IMG/VR virus record: IMGVR_UViG_3300031836_000031 | Coordinates: 1-38,133 of that record | Direction: 5' to 3' (one strand) | Length of the DNA stretch: 38,133 nucleotides | DNA from: a virus | Lineage: Duplodnaviria > Caudoviricetes | In this document: positions 8,702 to 18,058 of the stretch, piece after piece | How the letters are laid out: each line of letters opens with the position of its first letter | How positions within the stretch are numbered: position 1 is the stretch's first letter | Translations under genes and position numbers: made by a program | The notes under the pieces: model-generated | Told to the model about the DNA's origin: nothing | The model's input: the letters and a program-made list of their open reading frames with translations, nothing else | Database searches by the model: none

Positions 8702-8741
8702 CCATCAACCAACCATCAACCAACCAGAAAGCACCCACCAT

Positions 8742-9032
8742 ATGAGCACCCCTAGTATCACCATCGACGGCGTTGTGTACGTGCCGGCCGCCAGTGTCGC
8801 CCCCGCAGAAATTCAGATCGTTTTGGGCCTGAATGGTTGGGTGTTTGTCGGTGCTGTGTCCGAAGAGCGCGACGATTTCGTGATCGCCAACACTCGAAGC
8901 GTGGCGCCGGAAGATGCCGCGCTGCCGGCCCTCGTCGCTGGCCCGGCCGTCGGCCTCGAAATTGGCACCGTACGCATTCCGAAGGCCAACGTCATCGCCC
9001 GGATCAACACGACACCGGGAGCCTGGGCGTGA
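8742..9032 (+). CDS. Hypothetical protein (small beta-barrel-like)
   Basis: ATG after a CCATCAACCAA tandem and GAAAG; ITIDGVVYVP...IVLGLNGWVFVG. Confidence 0.7.
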   Translation: MSTPSITIDGVVYVPAASVAPAEIQIVLGLNGWVFVGAVSEERDDFVIANTRSVAPEDAALPALVAGPAVGLEIGTVRIPKANVIARINTTPGAWA

Positions 9033-9292
9033 GCGACGCCACAAAGGCCGCTCTAGACGAGGCCATTCAGGCGCATTTCGCAGACGTGACTGAGGGCGGC
9101 CTTGTCACCGGCTATGTCTTGCAGGCCAAAGGCAAGACCAGCGAAGACCTGGAGGGCGGCGACCAGACTTCATATCTGCGCGAGGTGCCAGTCGGGCAGG
9201 ATGCCGATTCGACGCTCGGACTACTTGACTACTGCCACACGCAGTTTCGGGCAGCAGTAGTTTCGCGCTGGGTACCGGCCGACGACGACTAG
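9029..9292 (+). CDS. Hypothetical protein
   Basis: GTGA overlap; last gene before the terminator. Confidence 0.7.
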   Translation: MSDATKAALDEAIQAHFADVTEGGLVTGYVLQAKGKTSEDLEGGDQTSYLREVPVGQDADSTLGLLDYCHTQFRAAVVSRWVPADDD

Positions 9293-9308
9293 CCCCGCTG
9301 CACGAAGT

Positions 9309-9343
9309 ACGGCCCCGGATTCTTACGAATCACGGGGCCGTTT
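9309..9343 (+). terminator. Intrinsic terminator closing cassette 2
   Basis: ACGGCCCCG-GATTC-TTAC-GAATC-A-CGGGGCCGT followed by TTCATT. Confidence 0.75.
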
Positions 9344-9468
9344 CATTCGGAACCACCAGGGAGGCAGTGAATCCGAAGCGTGCGCGTTCACCCGACGAAA
9401 GGGAACCAACATGGCTAGTATAGGGGGTGATTGCCCGGATAACTGTCGGGCACGAACCTAGGAGCCCC

Positions 9469-10239
9469 ATGACTGACGCCGCTACCACCACGACCGCCCC
9501 GAGCCCCGCGGACGCCGCTGCCGCCGCTACCGCCGCCGCAGACCAGGCCGCAACTGACGCCGCCGCCGCAGATGCCGCCGCCGCAAGTACCGACGCCGAC
9601 ACGGACGCCGCTGCCATGGGCAGCGAACCGACCGCCGCACAGATCGCCAAGTGGGGCAGTCCCGAAGCCGCAAAAGAGGTGCAGCGCCTCACCCGCAAGC
9701 TCGGCGATGACCGCATGACCTCCAAGGCGAACGCCGCCGCTGAGGCCACCCAGAAGACCCTCGACGCCGTTGCCGTCGCGCTCGGCATCAAGACCACCGA
9801 CAAGGCGCCGGCCACGCTTGAGAGCGTCACCGCGCAGCTCACCGAAGCCGGCGGCACCATCACCGAAACGACCACGCAGCTCGACACGGCGCGGAAGTCC
9901 CTCGCGCTCACTCAGGCCGCCTGGGCCGAAGGCGTCAACCCGGAGAAGATGGATTATCTCGAATTCAAGCTGGGCAAGGATGCCGAGTTTCAGAAGATCG
10001 ACGCCACGAAGCCCGGCTATGAGGGTAAGGTAAAGGCAGCAATTGCCGCGCTAACTGCGGCAGACTCGACACTCAAACTTGCGGGGCAAGTTCAAAAGTC
10101 GGGGGCGGAATCGTTTAGCGGGGCTAGCGGTGACGATGCGATCACCAAATCTGGTTTCGGCGCCATGAGTATGCAGGCGCGAACCGCCCTCAAGCAGAGC
10201 AACCCCGCGGCTTACGCCCGATTGGTTGCCGAGCAGTAA
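9469..10239 (+). CDS. Capsid scaffolding protein
   Basis: AGGAG RBS; Ala/Asp/Thr-rich N-terminus, coiled coil, C-terminal MSMQARTALKQSNPAAYARL; precedes the capsid gene. Confidence 0.85.
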   Translation: MTDAATTTTAPSPADAAAAATAAADQAATDAAAADAAAASTDADTDAAAMGSEPTAAQIAKWGSPEAAKEVQRLTRKLGDDRMTSKANAAAEATQKTLDAVAVALGIKTTDKAPATLESVTAQLTEAGGTITETTTQLDTARKSLALTQAAWAEGVNPEKMDYLEFKLGKDAEFQKIDATKPGYEGKVKAAIAALTAADSTLKLAGQVQKSGAESFSGASGDDAITKSGFGAMSMQARTALKQSNPAAYARLVAEQ

Positions 10240-10254
10240 CCGAAAGGCCCCATC

Positions 10255-11136
10255 GTGCCAAATGTTGTAACTACCTCCGCCAACGTCATCGACCCGCAGG
10301 TCTGGGCTGATACCGTCAGCCCACTCCTGCTGGGTAAGTCGGTCATGGCCGGCCTGTCCACCCAGGATGACACCCTCGTCGGCACTCCCGGCTCCACCGT
10401 CTCGTTTGGCACCTGGGTTTACTCCGGTGACGCACGCGACGCAGCCGAAGGCGTCGAAATTGAGGCTGACGGCCTGAGCATGACCGAGCGCCACGTGTCG
10501 ATCAAGGAAATCGGCAAGCGCCTTGACCTGACCGACACCGCCACGCTCATCGCACTAGCCTCGCCGAACTCCGAAGCTGTCTCTCAGTCGGCTCTGGCGA
10601 TCAGCCGCAAGATCGACACCGACCTCCGTGTCGCTGCCGAGCTCGTCACCACCGGCGAATTCGCCAGCTCCCCGCTGATCTTCCCGACAGTCGCCGCCTC
10701 GCTCACGTATGACGCCTACGTGGATGCCAGCGCGCTCTGGGGCGACGAGTACGACCCGGCCAACGTTGCGGCGCTCATCGTGCACTCGAAGCAGTACACG
10801 CAGCTCCGCCATGACCCCGACTTCATCACCGTAGACAAGATCGGCGACCGCGCCAGCATCATCACCGGCCAGATCGGTTCTCTCGCCGGTGTCGCCGTCA
10901 TCGTGTCCGACCGGGCAACCGCGATCGGTACGGCCGGTACTGCGGACGCGGGCCACAACGCCCTGCTGATCCGTCGTGGCGCCCTCGCACTGCGTTACAA
11001 GCGCCGTGCACTGGTCGAAACTGACCGCAACATCGCCAAGCGCATCAACACGGTTGTGACCACGGCGCACTACGCAGCGCACCGTGCAGATGACCGTGGC
11101 GTGATCGTCCTCGGCGTGCTGGACGCGGCCGTCTAA
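10255..11136 (+). CDS. Major capsid protein (HK97 fold, N4-gp56-like family)
   Basis: VIDPQVWAD, DTLVGTPGSTV, VHSKQY and VETDRNI motifs; 293 aa. Confidence 0.92.
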   Translation: MPNVVTTSANVIDPQVWADTVSPLLLGKSVMAGLSTQDDTLVGTPGSTVSFGTWVYSGDARDAAEGVEIEADGLSMTERHVSIKEIGKRLDLTDTATLIALASPNSEAVSQSALAISRKIDTDLRVAAELVTTGEFASSPLIFPTVAASLTYDAYVDASALWGDEYDPANVAALIVHSKQYTQLRHDPDFITVDKIGDRASIITGQIGSLAGVAVIVSDRATAIGTAGTADAGHNALLIRRGALALRYKRRALVETDRNIAKRINTVVTTAHYAAHRADDRGVIVLGVLDAAV

Positions 11137-11504
11137 TGGCAGCCCCGAAGACCCCAACGAAAGGCGTCACCGTGAGCGATCCATCTGCACCCGCTGCCGA
11201 AGTCCCCGAGGTTGGGCCGGCCGCCGTCGAAGCCGGCGCAGACCTGGCCGCCGAAGCTGTCATGTACGACGGCTACGACCGCGACCAGCTCGTCACGGAG
11301 CTTGGCAACTACGAGCTGACAGCCAAGGACGGCAGCACGGATGACGAGCTGCGCGCGGCGCTGTACGGCATCCGTGCCGTTCGCGCCGCAGCCGAGCCGG
11401 CCAAGGCAGATCTGATCGAGCGGCCCGAAGAGCCAGCCGAGTATGCGGGCGCTCGTCACCCGTTGCTTGTTCAGGTCGAAACGGCCGCCGAAGCGGCAAA
11501 TTAG
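11136..11504 (+). CDS. Hypothetical virion-associated protein
   Basis: TAATG coupling to the capsid gene; acidic and Ala-rich. Confidence 0.7.
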   Translation: MAAPKTPTKGVTVSDPSAPAAEVPEVGPAAVEAGADLAAEAVMYDGYDRDQLVTELGNYELTAKDGSTDDELRAALYGIRAVRAAAEPAKADLIERPEEPAEYAGARHPLLVQVETAAEAAN

Positions 11505-11690
11505 CACCCGGTGATGTATGGGTGGGTCCGAGTCAAGGCCGGGAAACGGCGCATATCTCAGGTTCACCCGGCTAAGGACGACTGGGGAGAGCGTGGCGGC
11601 TATAACGCTGGGCTGCCGGCCCAAACCTCCCTCCCTGTAGCGGCGTACCTGCTCGGCCCACCCAAACCTCACCACCTCTGAAAGGCCCTC

Positions 11691-12161
11691 GTGTATCTCA
11701 CTCCCGAAGAGTTGCAGGCGTACATCTACGGAACCGGCAACACCACCGCGCTGCCTGACAATGCGGCCGCGCTCATCCGTCACGCTGAGGGCCTGGTGGA
11801 TGACACGCTGCGCGGGGCGGTCTACACCGTGGACGCCGACGGCATCGCCGCGAAGCTCGAATACGCCACGGCCATCATGTTCGCCACCGCCGAACAGGCG
11901 CAGGCGTGGGTAATGTCCGGCCTTGATCCGCGCCTAGGCGTTGCCCAGCTCCCCGACGTGATCGTGTCCAAGTCTGCTCTGGGTATCTCCACCACCGTGC
12001 AGGCGTCTAGCCGCCGCGACCTCGAAGCGCTGGCATCCGGGCAGGAGCTCACTGCCGCCTCGTGGGCGTACCTGAACCGTGCTGGCCTCATCACCGCCCA
12101 TATCGGCGCGCACGACGCGGGAGAACGCAGCCTAGCCGCCGTGATCGGGGTTTCGGAATGA
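11691..12161 (+). CDS. Head-to-tail adaptor
   Basis: MYLTPEEL...LIRHAEGLVD...ATAEQA...YLNRAGL pattern; position after the capsid gene. Confidence 0.8.
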   Translation: MYLTPEELQAYIYGTGNTTALPDNAAALIRHAEGLVDDTLRGAVYTVDADGIAAKLEYATAIMFATAEQAQAWVMSGLDPRLGVAQLPDVIVSKSALGISTTVQASSRRDLEALASGQELTAASWAYLNRAGLITAHIGAHDAGERSLAAVIGVSE

Positions 12162-12502
12162 GCCCGCAAGTGGTCGCAACGCTCAGTCTCCGCGAGGTAT
12201 TCGGCGATTGGATGGGCTCAACAGTGAGCGTCGCTACGAACCGCGGCGCCGGCGCATACGGTCCCGACCTCGCAGAACCCATCCCCGTCGTCGGTGTCAT
12301 GGTGTCTTTCAAGCGCCGATTCGTCCGAAATTCTGAGGGCAACACCGTGCCGTCTGAGGCTTCGATACTTGCGGGGCTGGAGCACGAATCGAAGTTCACC
12401 GGCGGGTCTGTCGTCACACTGCCCAGTGGCCGGAATACGACCGTCATCACCGCCGCTCTCGATCCGCTCATGTTCGGCGCTCTGGTCGTGAATCTTGAGT
12501 GA
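12158..12502 (+). CDS. Head-to-tail stopper
   Basis: ATGA overlap; GAYGP and KRRFVRNSEGNTVPSE motifs; synteny. Confidence 0.7.
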   Translation: MSPQVVATLSLREVFGDWMGSTVSVATNRGAGAYGPDLAEPIPVVGVMVSFKRRFVRNSEGNTVPSEASILAGLEHESKFTGGSVVTLPSGRNTTVITAALDPLMFGALVVNLE

Positions 12503-12872
12503 TTTCGTCCTGGGCGGATCGGCTGCGTTCATTGCCAATATTCGCAAGGTGCAGGCCGATGTAGCGAAGCAGAAAAAGCGCGGACTCATCGCCGCCGGCG
12601 CCCTCGTGCTCAACACGTCGAATCAGCGCGTGCCGCACGAAGAGGGCGACTTTGAGCGCACCGGCCGCGTCACCGTGGACGAAGACGGCCGGGTCGCCGC
12701 CGTGAGCTACAAAGACGTGCGCTACCCGAATGAGGCCGCCCGCCTCCACGAAGACATGGAGATGAACCACGACGAAGGCCGCGGCGCCAAGTTCCTCGAA
12801 AGGGCGTTCACGGAGACCACGGACGGCGTGCGAACCATCCTCGGCGATCACATCAGTTCGGCGATGGACTAA
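12495..12872 (+). CDS. Neck protein (HK97 gp10-like)
   Basis: VPHEEGDFERTG...ARLHE...AKFLERA; synteny. Confidence 0.75.
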   Translation: MSDFVLGGSAAFIANIRKVQADVAKQKKRGLIAAGALVLNTSNQRVPHEEGDFERTGRVTVDEDGRVAAVSYKDVRYPNEAARLHEDMEMNHDEGRGAKFLERAFTETTDGVRTILGDHISSAMD

Positions 12873-13318
12873 TGGCCCGGTTCGATTCGTTCCTGACCGA
12901 GCTGGTAGAGGGCATCGCCGGGCACATCATCTTCACCGTGCCGGAAACGCCGTACTACTACGACGCGAGCGGGGCCGTGTATCCGTCGGGAAAGCTCGGC
13001 CTGTACCGCGACCGCACCCCCGAAATCGCCTACCCGACCGTGACTATTTCGGTTTACGAAGCGGCCCAAAATGCCGATTCGCTCGTGGCCGTTCAGTTCA
13101 AAATCTGCTCGAAAGACCCGCGCGAAGGGGATGCAATCGACGCCGACCTGCGCGCCAGCTTTGACCACCTCTACGCCAAGACTCTCGGCACCGTGAAGGT
13201 GGCCTATGCCGAGCGCACTTCGGGCACGCTCCTGCCGCAAGACACGCAGGGCCGCGGCGTCCGTACCGAAAATTACCTATTCCGGGTCGATTGGCCCAAC
13301 CTCAACCGCCCCATCTGA
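12872..13318 (+). CDS. Tail terminator / completion protein
   Basis: Synteny; QDTQGRGVRTENY motif. Confidence 0.7.
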   Translation: MARFDSFLTELVEGIAGHIIFTVPETPYYYDASGAVYPSGKLGLYRDRTPEIAYPTVTISVYEAAQNADSLVAVQFKICSKDPREGDAIDADLRASFDHLYAKTLGTVKVAYAERTSGTLLPQDTQGRGVRTENYLFRVDWPNLNRPI

Positions 13319-13329
13319 AAGGCATCACC

Positions 13330-13848
13330 ATGACAATCACCACCGCCACCCCGCTCGGCTCCACTACCTCGAACCGCAAATGGCGCTGCGACGTTGCCGC
13401 GATCCCCGTGGCCGCTGCTGAGCCCGCCTGGTTGCGCCTGCGTGGCCTGACCGAAATCAAGGTCAACCCGGGCACGTCCGCGCTGACCGATACCTCTGAT
13501 TTCGAGGGCGACGGCTTCACCCAGTCCGAGGCATTCTCGGCGGGCTGGGGTGCTGAGGGCAAGGTCCGCCGCGCTACCGAAACGAGCACTCCCGACGTGT
13601 ACGACCCCGCGCAGGAGCTCGTGCGCATCGCCGGTGAGGGCGGCCTGGGCATCGCCAACCGTCTCATGGTCCGTTTCTACGAGATGGAAGCGGACGGCCC
13701 CCGCGTCCAGGCCGTGACCGGCTTCGCGAACGCAACCTGGTCCGACGACGGCGGCGCCGTCACCGCCGGCTCGATGGCGTCGTTTACTCTCGTGGGCGCT
13801 GGCAAGCCGACCAGCCGCGTGCACCCCGATACCATTGTGGTCCCATAG
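13330..13848 (+). CDS. Major tail tube protein
   Basis: GAAAGG RBS; DTSDFEG, DPAQEL and SFTLVGAGKP motifs. Confidence 0.85.
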   Translation: MTITTATPLGSTTSNRKWRCDVAAIPVAAAEPAWLRLRGLTEIKVNPGTSALTDTSDFEGDGFTQSEAFSAGWGAEGKVRRATETSTPDVYDPAQELVRIAGEGGLGIANRLMVRFYEMEADGPRVQAVTGFANATWSDDGGAVTAGSMASFTLVGAGKPTSRVHPDTIVVP

Positions 13849-13877
13849 CGGTAACTACCGCAATCACGCGCTAAACT

Positions 13878-13912
13878 GCGAGGGTCTGACCAAACGGTCA
13901 GGCCCTCGCTTT
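13878..13912 (+). terminator. Intrinsic terminator / attenuator after the major tail gene
   Basis: GCGAGGGTCTGACC-AAAC-GGTCAGGCCCTCGC-TTT. Confidence 0.75.
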
Positions 13913-13929
13913 ACGTATCGGAGACACCA

Positions 13930-14445
13930 ATGGCCTCACCCGACCTTTCCGCTTTCGGCGACTTCCTCGACGACGATGGATTTACCACTCCGCCGATCCC
14001 ATCCCGCGAATACCCTGCCGGCCGCGCCTACCTTGTGCCCAGCCCCGACGGTGTGACCGGCGCCCGCATGGTCGCCCTCGCTGGCATCGCCGCGAAGAAA
14101 AACGCCGACCTTGAAATCACCGCCGCCGACCTCGAAAAGCTCAACCTGAACGACCAGGAAGAGCAGGACTTTATGGAAATGGTGCTGGGTAATGCCTACG
14201 CTGAAATGATGGCAGACGGCGTGAGCTGGCAGCGCATCAGCCGCCTCGGCCAGTATGCGTTCGTATTCATCACTCAGGGCGAACAGGCCGCCGCGGATGC
14301 CGCAAAGGCGGGCCTTTTCTCGGGAAAAGCACCAGCCCGCAACCGGGCGCAAAAACGAGCCGCGACGACGACCGCCGCGTCACGGCCGAAAACCCCGCGG
14401 GCCTCGCAGAGTACGAAGACGCCCCGCACCCGACCGACGGCCTGA
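13930..14445 (+). CDS. Tail assembly chaperone (G)
   Basis: Lies between the major tail and TMP genes; carries a slippery site. Confidence 0.85.
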   Translation: MASPDLSAFGDFLDDDGFTTPPIPSREYPAGRAYLVPSPDGVTGARMVALAGIAAKKNADLEITAADLEKLNLNDQEEQDFMEMVLGNAYAEMMADGVSWQRISRLGQYAFVFITQGEQAAADAAKAGLFSGKAPARNRAQKRAATTTAASRPKTPRASQSTKTPRTRPTA

Positions 14446-14633
14446 CCTGGCGCGACATTCTCGGGTACTGGCAACTGATCGAACTCGACTTCCAAGAGGT
14501 CTACAGCCTCGACATGGGCAGCGGGATTCTACGGGATCGGTCGTGGCGTTGGTTGCGCGAACGATTGCTTGGGCTACTATCGACAGAGAGCAGATTACAG
14601 CGGGTTCTGAATCCTCAACAGCCGAAGAAATAG
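13930..14633 (+). CDS. Tail assembly chaperone GT via -1 programmed frameshift at G GGA AAA (14322-14328)
   Basis: The -1 frame is open to TAG 14633 and reads ...LTWRDILGYWQLIELDFQEVYSLDMGSGILRDRSWRWLRERLLGLLSTESRL..., a typical T segment. Confidence 0.85.
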
Positions 14634-14654
14634 CACCGCTGGAGGTCCCCCGCT

Positions 14655-17150
14655 TTGAGTCTCGATTTAGGCGACCTGGTTGGACGCATCAGCCTCGACT
14701 CGTCCGGCTTTGATAAGACCCTCGACAAGTTGCCCGGCAACCTCAAAACCTCGGGCAAGGTCATGGCTGGCGGCGCCCTGCTCGTCGGTGGCGCCGTCGC
14801 TGTGGCCCTTGGCACCGGCCTGAACGATGCCATCAACTTCGACAAATCAAACCGGACCGTGGCTGCACAGCTCGGACTTACCGCGACTGAGAGCGCCCGC
14901 GTTGGCACGCTTGCCGGCAAGCTCTACGCCGACAACTACGGCGAGAGCGTCCAACAGGTCCAGGGGGCGATCGGCAACGTCATGGCGGGCATTCGTGGGA
15001 TGGGCGATGAATCCGACGCCGTAGTGTCCGACATGACAGCGAAGGTGCTGAGCTACTCCTCCGCTTACGGGGTTGAATCTGCGGATGCTATCCAGATGGT
15101 TTCCGGCCTGCTCGGCTCCGGCCTCGCTACGTCGGCGCAGAATGCTATGGACCTGATGACCGGGGCCATGCAGTCCGTACCTGAGGCGCTGCGCGGTGAC
15201 ATGACCGACGCGATCACCGAATATGGGCCTTTCCTTGCGTCTATTGGCATGGACGGCGAGACGGCTTTTGGGGTGCTCGCTACTGCTGCCGAAAAGGGCA
15301 TGTATGGCATCGACAAGACCGGCGACGCCCTCAAGGAATTCACCATTCGAGCTACCGATATGAGCGCTGCCTCAAAGGTCGGTTATGACGCGATGGGTAT
15401 GAGCCAGGACGAGATGAGCGCGAAGCTGCTGGCTGGTGGCGATGACGCAGCCACAGCATTCGCTGACATCGTGCACGGCCTCCAGAGCATCGAAGACCCG
15501 GTAGCGCAGTCTCAGGCCGCCCTGGCCCTGTTTGGGACGCCGCTCGAAGACCTCGGCGTCACCGAGATTCCCAATTTTCTCGGTGCCATCGACCCTATGG
15601 GTGACGCGTTCGATTCCGTCGCCGGCAAAGCCGACGACCTAGGCGACACCCTCGCATCTGGTCCTGGGGCGGGCATGGACGAATTTACCCGAAAGGGCGA
15701 AATCATGCTGGCCGGCATCATGTCCGGGCTACTCCCCGGCATAACGGCCGTTTTCGGCTATCTGAACGATCACCCCAAAACGCTTACTGCTATTGCGGTT
15801 GGCCTCGGCGTCGTCGCTGCTGCTGTCCTCGTCGCCGCTGCGGCTATGTGGGTTATGAGCCTCACCCCCGTAGCTCTCATGTTCGGCGGCATCGTTATCG
15901 CGGTAGGCCTACTCATCGCTGGGATTGTCCTACTCGTGCAGAACTGGGATGAAGTAATCGCGTGGATCGTTGGGGCCTGGGGCGGATTCGTCGGCTGGCT
16001 AGTCGATGGGCTCAATGGCCTCGCCTCATGGTGGAGTGACCTCTGGGCTGGAATGCTCGAAGGTGTCGCCGCCGGATGGCAGGCGATCATGGATTGGTTT
16101 GCCGGGATTCCGGCTGCGATCGGCGAGTTTTTCGCCGCTGCCGGCGAGTGGCTGCTAGACGCTGGCATGTGGCTGCTCTCGGGCCTCGCTACCGGTATAG
16201 CTTTGGGCGTCGTCGCGGTCTGGTTTTTCTTCACTCAACTGCCAGGCCTGATACTAAATTTCCTGATCGGTGCGGCCGTCTGGCTCGTACAGACGGGCGC
16301 TAACCTGCTCAACGGGCTCGCCGCCGGCATCGTCGCTGGATATGCCGCGGTGTCCGCATGGTTTGCTGCGCTACCCGGCAACATCCTTGCGTTTCTTGTG
16401 GGCGCCGCAATCTGGCTACTCCAGACCGGAACGAACTTGCTGAACGGCCTACAGTCAGGCATTACGAACGGCTGGGCGGCTGTCGTCGCATTCTTCGTCA
16501 ACTTGCCTGCCAACATCCTCGCGTTTCTGGTCGGTTTCGGCACCCTACTTATCTCCTTAGGTACCCGCCTACTCAACGGGCTGGGTACAGGAATTTCAAA
16601 CGGCTGGGTAGCCATAACATCGTTTTTCACCGGATTACCTGGCACTATCGGCGCCCTGTTTGCCGGCGCGGGCGACTGGCTTTTCGACGCAGGCTCGAAC
16701 ATTGTTGATGGACTGATGAGCGGACTCAAATCAATGGCTGGCAGTGTCGGAAAATTTTTCCTTGACCTCCTCCCGGGTTGGATCGTCGGCCCGTTCAAGA
16801 CTGCACTGGGTATCGCGTCCCCGTCGAAGGTATTCAAGGGTTTCGGCGTGAACATCGGCGAAGGCCTGATCGGTGGGCTTGACACGATTCAGAGCGACCT
16901 TGACCGGCGCATGGCCGACATGGTTACCGTGCCGCCTATAGATGTGGCCCTGCGCCTCGGCTCGTCGGCCGCTGACGCCGCAGGATACGGAAACGGTACG
17001 GGCGCACAGTCTGGGCCTGCCGTGACCGTAGACGCCCGTATGACGATTCAGGGTGATGTGGGCTGGAACCGCGAAGAGCTCGAAGCCGAAACCAACCAGC
17101 GCCAGCTAGACGCCCTCGCCCTGGCCGGCCTGGGCACCGTAGGGATTTGA
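14655..17150 (+). CDS. Tape measure protein
   Basis: 831 aa; GGAGG RBS with TTG start; DKTGDALKEF motif, Trp-spaced amphipathic repeats, LGIASPSKVF. Confidence 0.95.
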   Translation: MSLDLGDLVGRISLDSSGFDKTLDKLPGNLKTSGKVMAGGALLVGGAVAVALGTGLNDAINFDKSNRTVAAQLGLTATESARVGTLAGKLYADNYGESVQQVQGAIGNVMAGIRGMGDESDAVVSDMTAKVLSYSSAYGVESADAIQMVSGLLGSGLATSAQNAMDLMTGAMQSVPEALRGDMTDAITEYGPFLASIGMDGETAFGVLATAAEKGMYGIDKTGDALKEFTIRATDMSAASKVGYDAMGMSQDEMSAKLLAGGDDAATAFADIVHGLQSIEDPVAQSQAALALFGTPLEDLGVTEIPNFLGAIDPMGDAFDSVAGKADDLGDTLASGPGAGMDEFTRKGEIMLAGIMSGLLPGITAVFGYLNDHPKTLTAIAVGLGVVAAAVLVAAAAMWVMSLTPVALMFGGIVIAVGLLIAGIVLLVQNWDEVIAWIVGAWGGFVGWLVDGLNGLASWWSDLWAGMLEGVAAGWQAIMDWFAGIPAAIGEFFAAAGEWLLDAGMWLLSGLATGIALGVVAVWFFFTQLPGLILNFLIGAAVWLVQTGANLLNGLAAGIVAGYAAVSAWFAALPGNILAFLVGAAIWLLQTGTNLLNGLQSGITNGWAAVVAFFVNLPANILAFLVGFGTLLISLGTRLLNGLGTGISNGWVAITSFFTGLPGTIGALFAGAGDWLFDAGSNIVDGLMSGLKSMAGSVGKFFLDLLPGWIVGPFKTALGIASPSKVFKGFGVNIGEGLIGGLDTIQSDLDRRMADMVTVPPIDVALRLGSSAADAAGYGNGTGAQSGPAVTVDARMTIQGDVGWNREELEAETNQRQLDALALAGLGTVGI

Positions 17151-17152
17151 CC

Positions 17153-18058
17153 ATGACCGACACGCACACCCCACGCCTACAGATTACCTGGACCGGCACC
17201 GACGGCAGTCTGTGGGACCTGCTCGGCGGCCCGGTACGCGCGAGCACCGCCGGAATCCGCGGCCTGTCCATGCCAGAAGTCGAGTACGCCGTGCAGGAAT
17301 ACGCGCTGCTGCACGGCCAGGAGACGACGAGCTACACCGTGCGACCGCGTAAGGCATTCTTGCCGCTGCGATTCGCAGACCATGACCCGTACAGCGTCAC
17401 GCAAGTTCAACGCAATTTCTGGCGCTCGATCCGCCCGGGAAAAACCGGCACGCTCACCGTTTCGGATGGTATGGGCGGGGCTCGCTCACTCCTGCTGAAA
17501 TTCGGTGATGACGGCATGATCGCGTACAAGATCGACCCAAATATCATTACTAAGGCTTTCGGCCTTTCGATGACTGCTGATGCCCCGTTTTGGACGGGTC
17601 CTGTCCGCACGACTCGCTGGCTGGACCTCGGTCGCGGCCCGCGTAACTTCCACGGCGAGAACGCGGGCGACCCGCCGCTCTACATCGAATCATCTTTCGC
17701 CCGCGGTGATACCGAAACGATCCGCAACGATGGCGACGAAGATGCCTGGCCGGTGTGGCGTATCACCTCCCGCCTCGAAGGCGAGCCAGTTACGGCGTAT
17801 GAGCTCACCATCGGCGGCGCGATCATCTCAGGGGCGACTGATATTCCTGCCGGCCACACCCTCACGATCAACACCGACCCGCGCGCGCAGACGGCGACTC
17901 TCAACGGCCCGCTATATTCGGGCGACCGCACAGTTGAAATTCTCGAAATTGGTTTCGCCCGCATTCCGGCCGGCGAGGCGACGACGGCGACTGTCGCCCT
18001 GACCGGTTCGGGGTCAGTAGAACTCGATACCACCGAACTGTTTTACCGGGCATTCTGA
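17153..18058 (+). CDS. Distal tail (Dit-like) minor tail protein
   Basis: Directly after TMP; ADAPFW and NDGDEDAWPVWRIT motifs. Confidence 0.8.
   Translation: MTDTHTPRLQITWTGTDGSLWDLLGGPVRASTAGIRGLSMPEVEYAVQEYALLHGQETTSYTVRPRKAFLPLRFADHDPYSVTQVQRNFWRSIRPGKTGTLTVSDGMGGARSLLLKFGDDGMIAYKIDPNIITKAFGLSMTADAPFWTGPVRTTRWLDLGRGPRNFHGENAGDPPLYIESSFARGDTETIRNDGDEDAWPVWRITSRLEGEPVTAYELTIGGAIISGATDIPAGHTLTINTDPRAQTATLNGPLYSGDRTVEILEIGFARIPAGEATTATVALTGSGSVELDTTELFYRAF

Noticed and set aside
8702-8725. CCATCAACCAA tandem duplication
   Set aside because: Two copies in a short A/C-rich leader; probably slippage or an unstructured translation leader.
14255-14713. 152-aa ORF as the chaperone T segment
   Set aside because: Wrong frame; the conserved T sequence is in the -1 frame ending at 14633.
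15900-16800. Periodic repeats in the tape measure gene
   Set aside because: Ordinary Trp/Phe-spaced TMP protein repeats.
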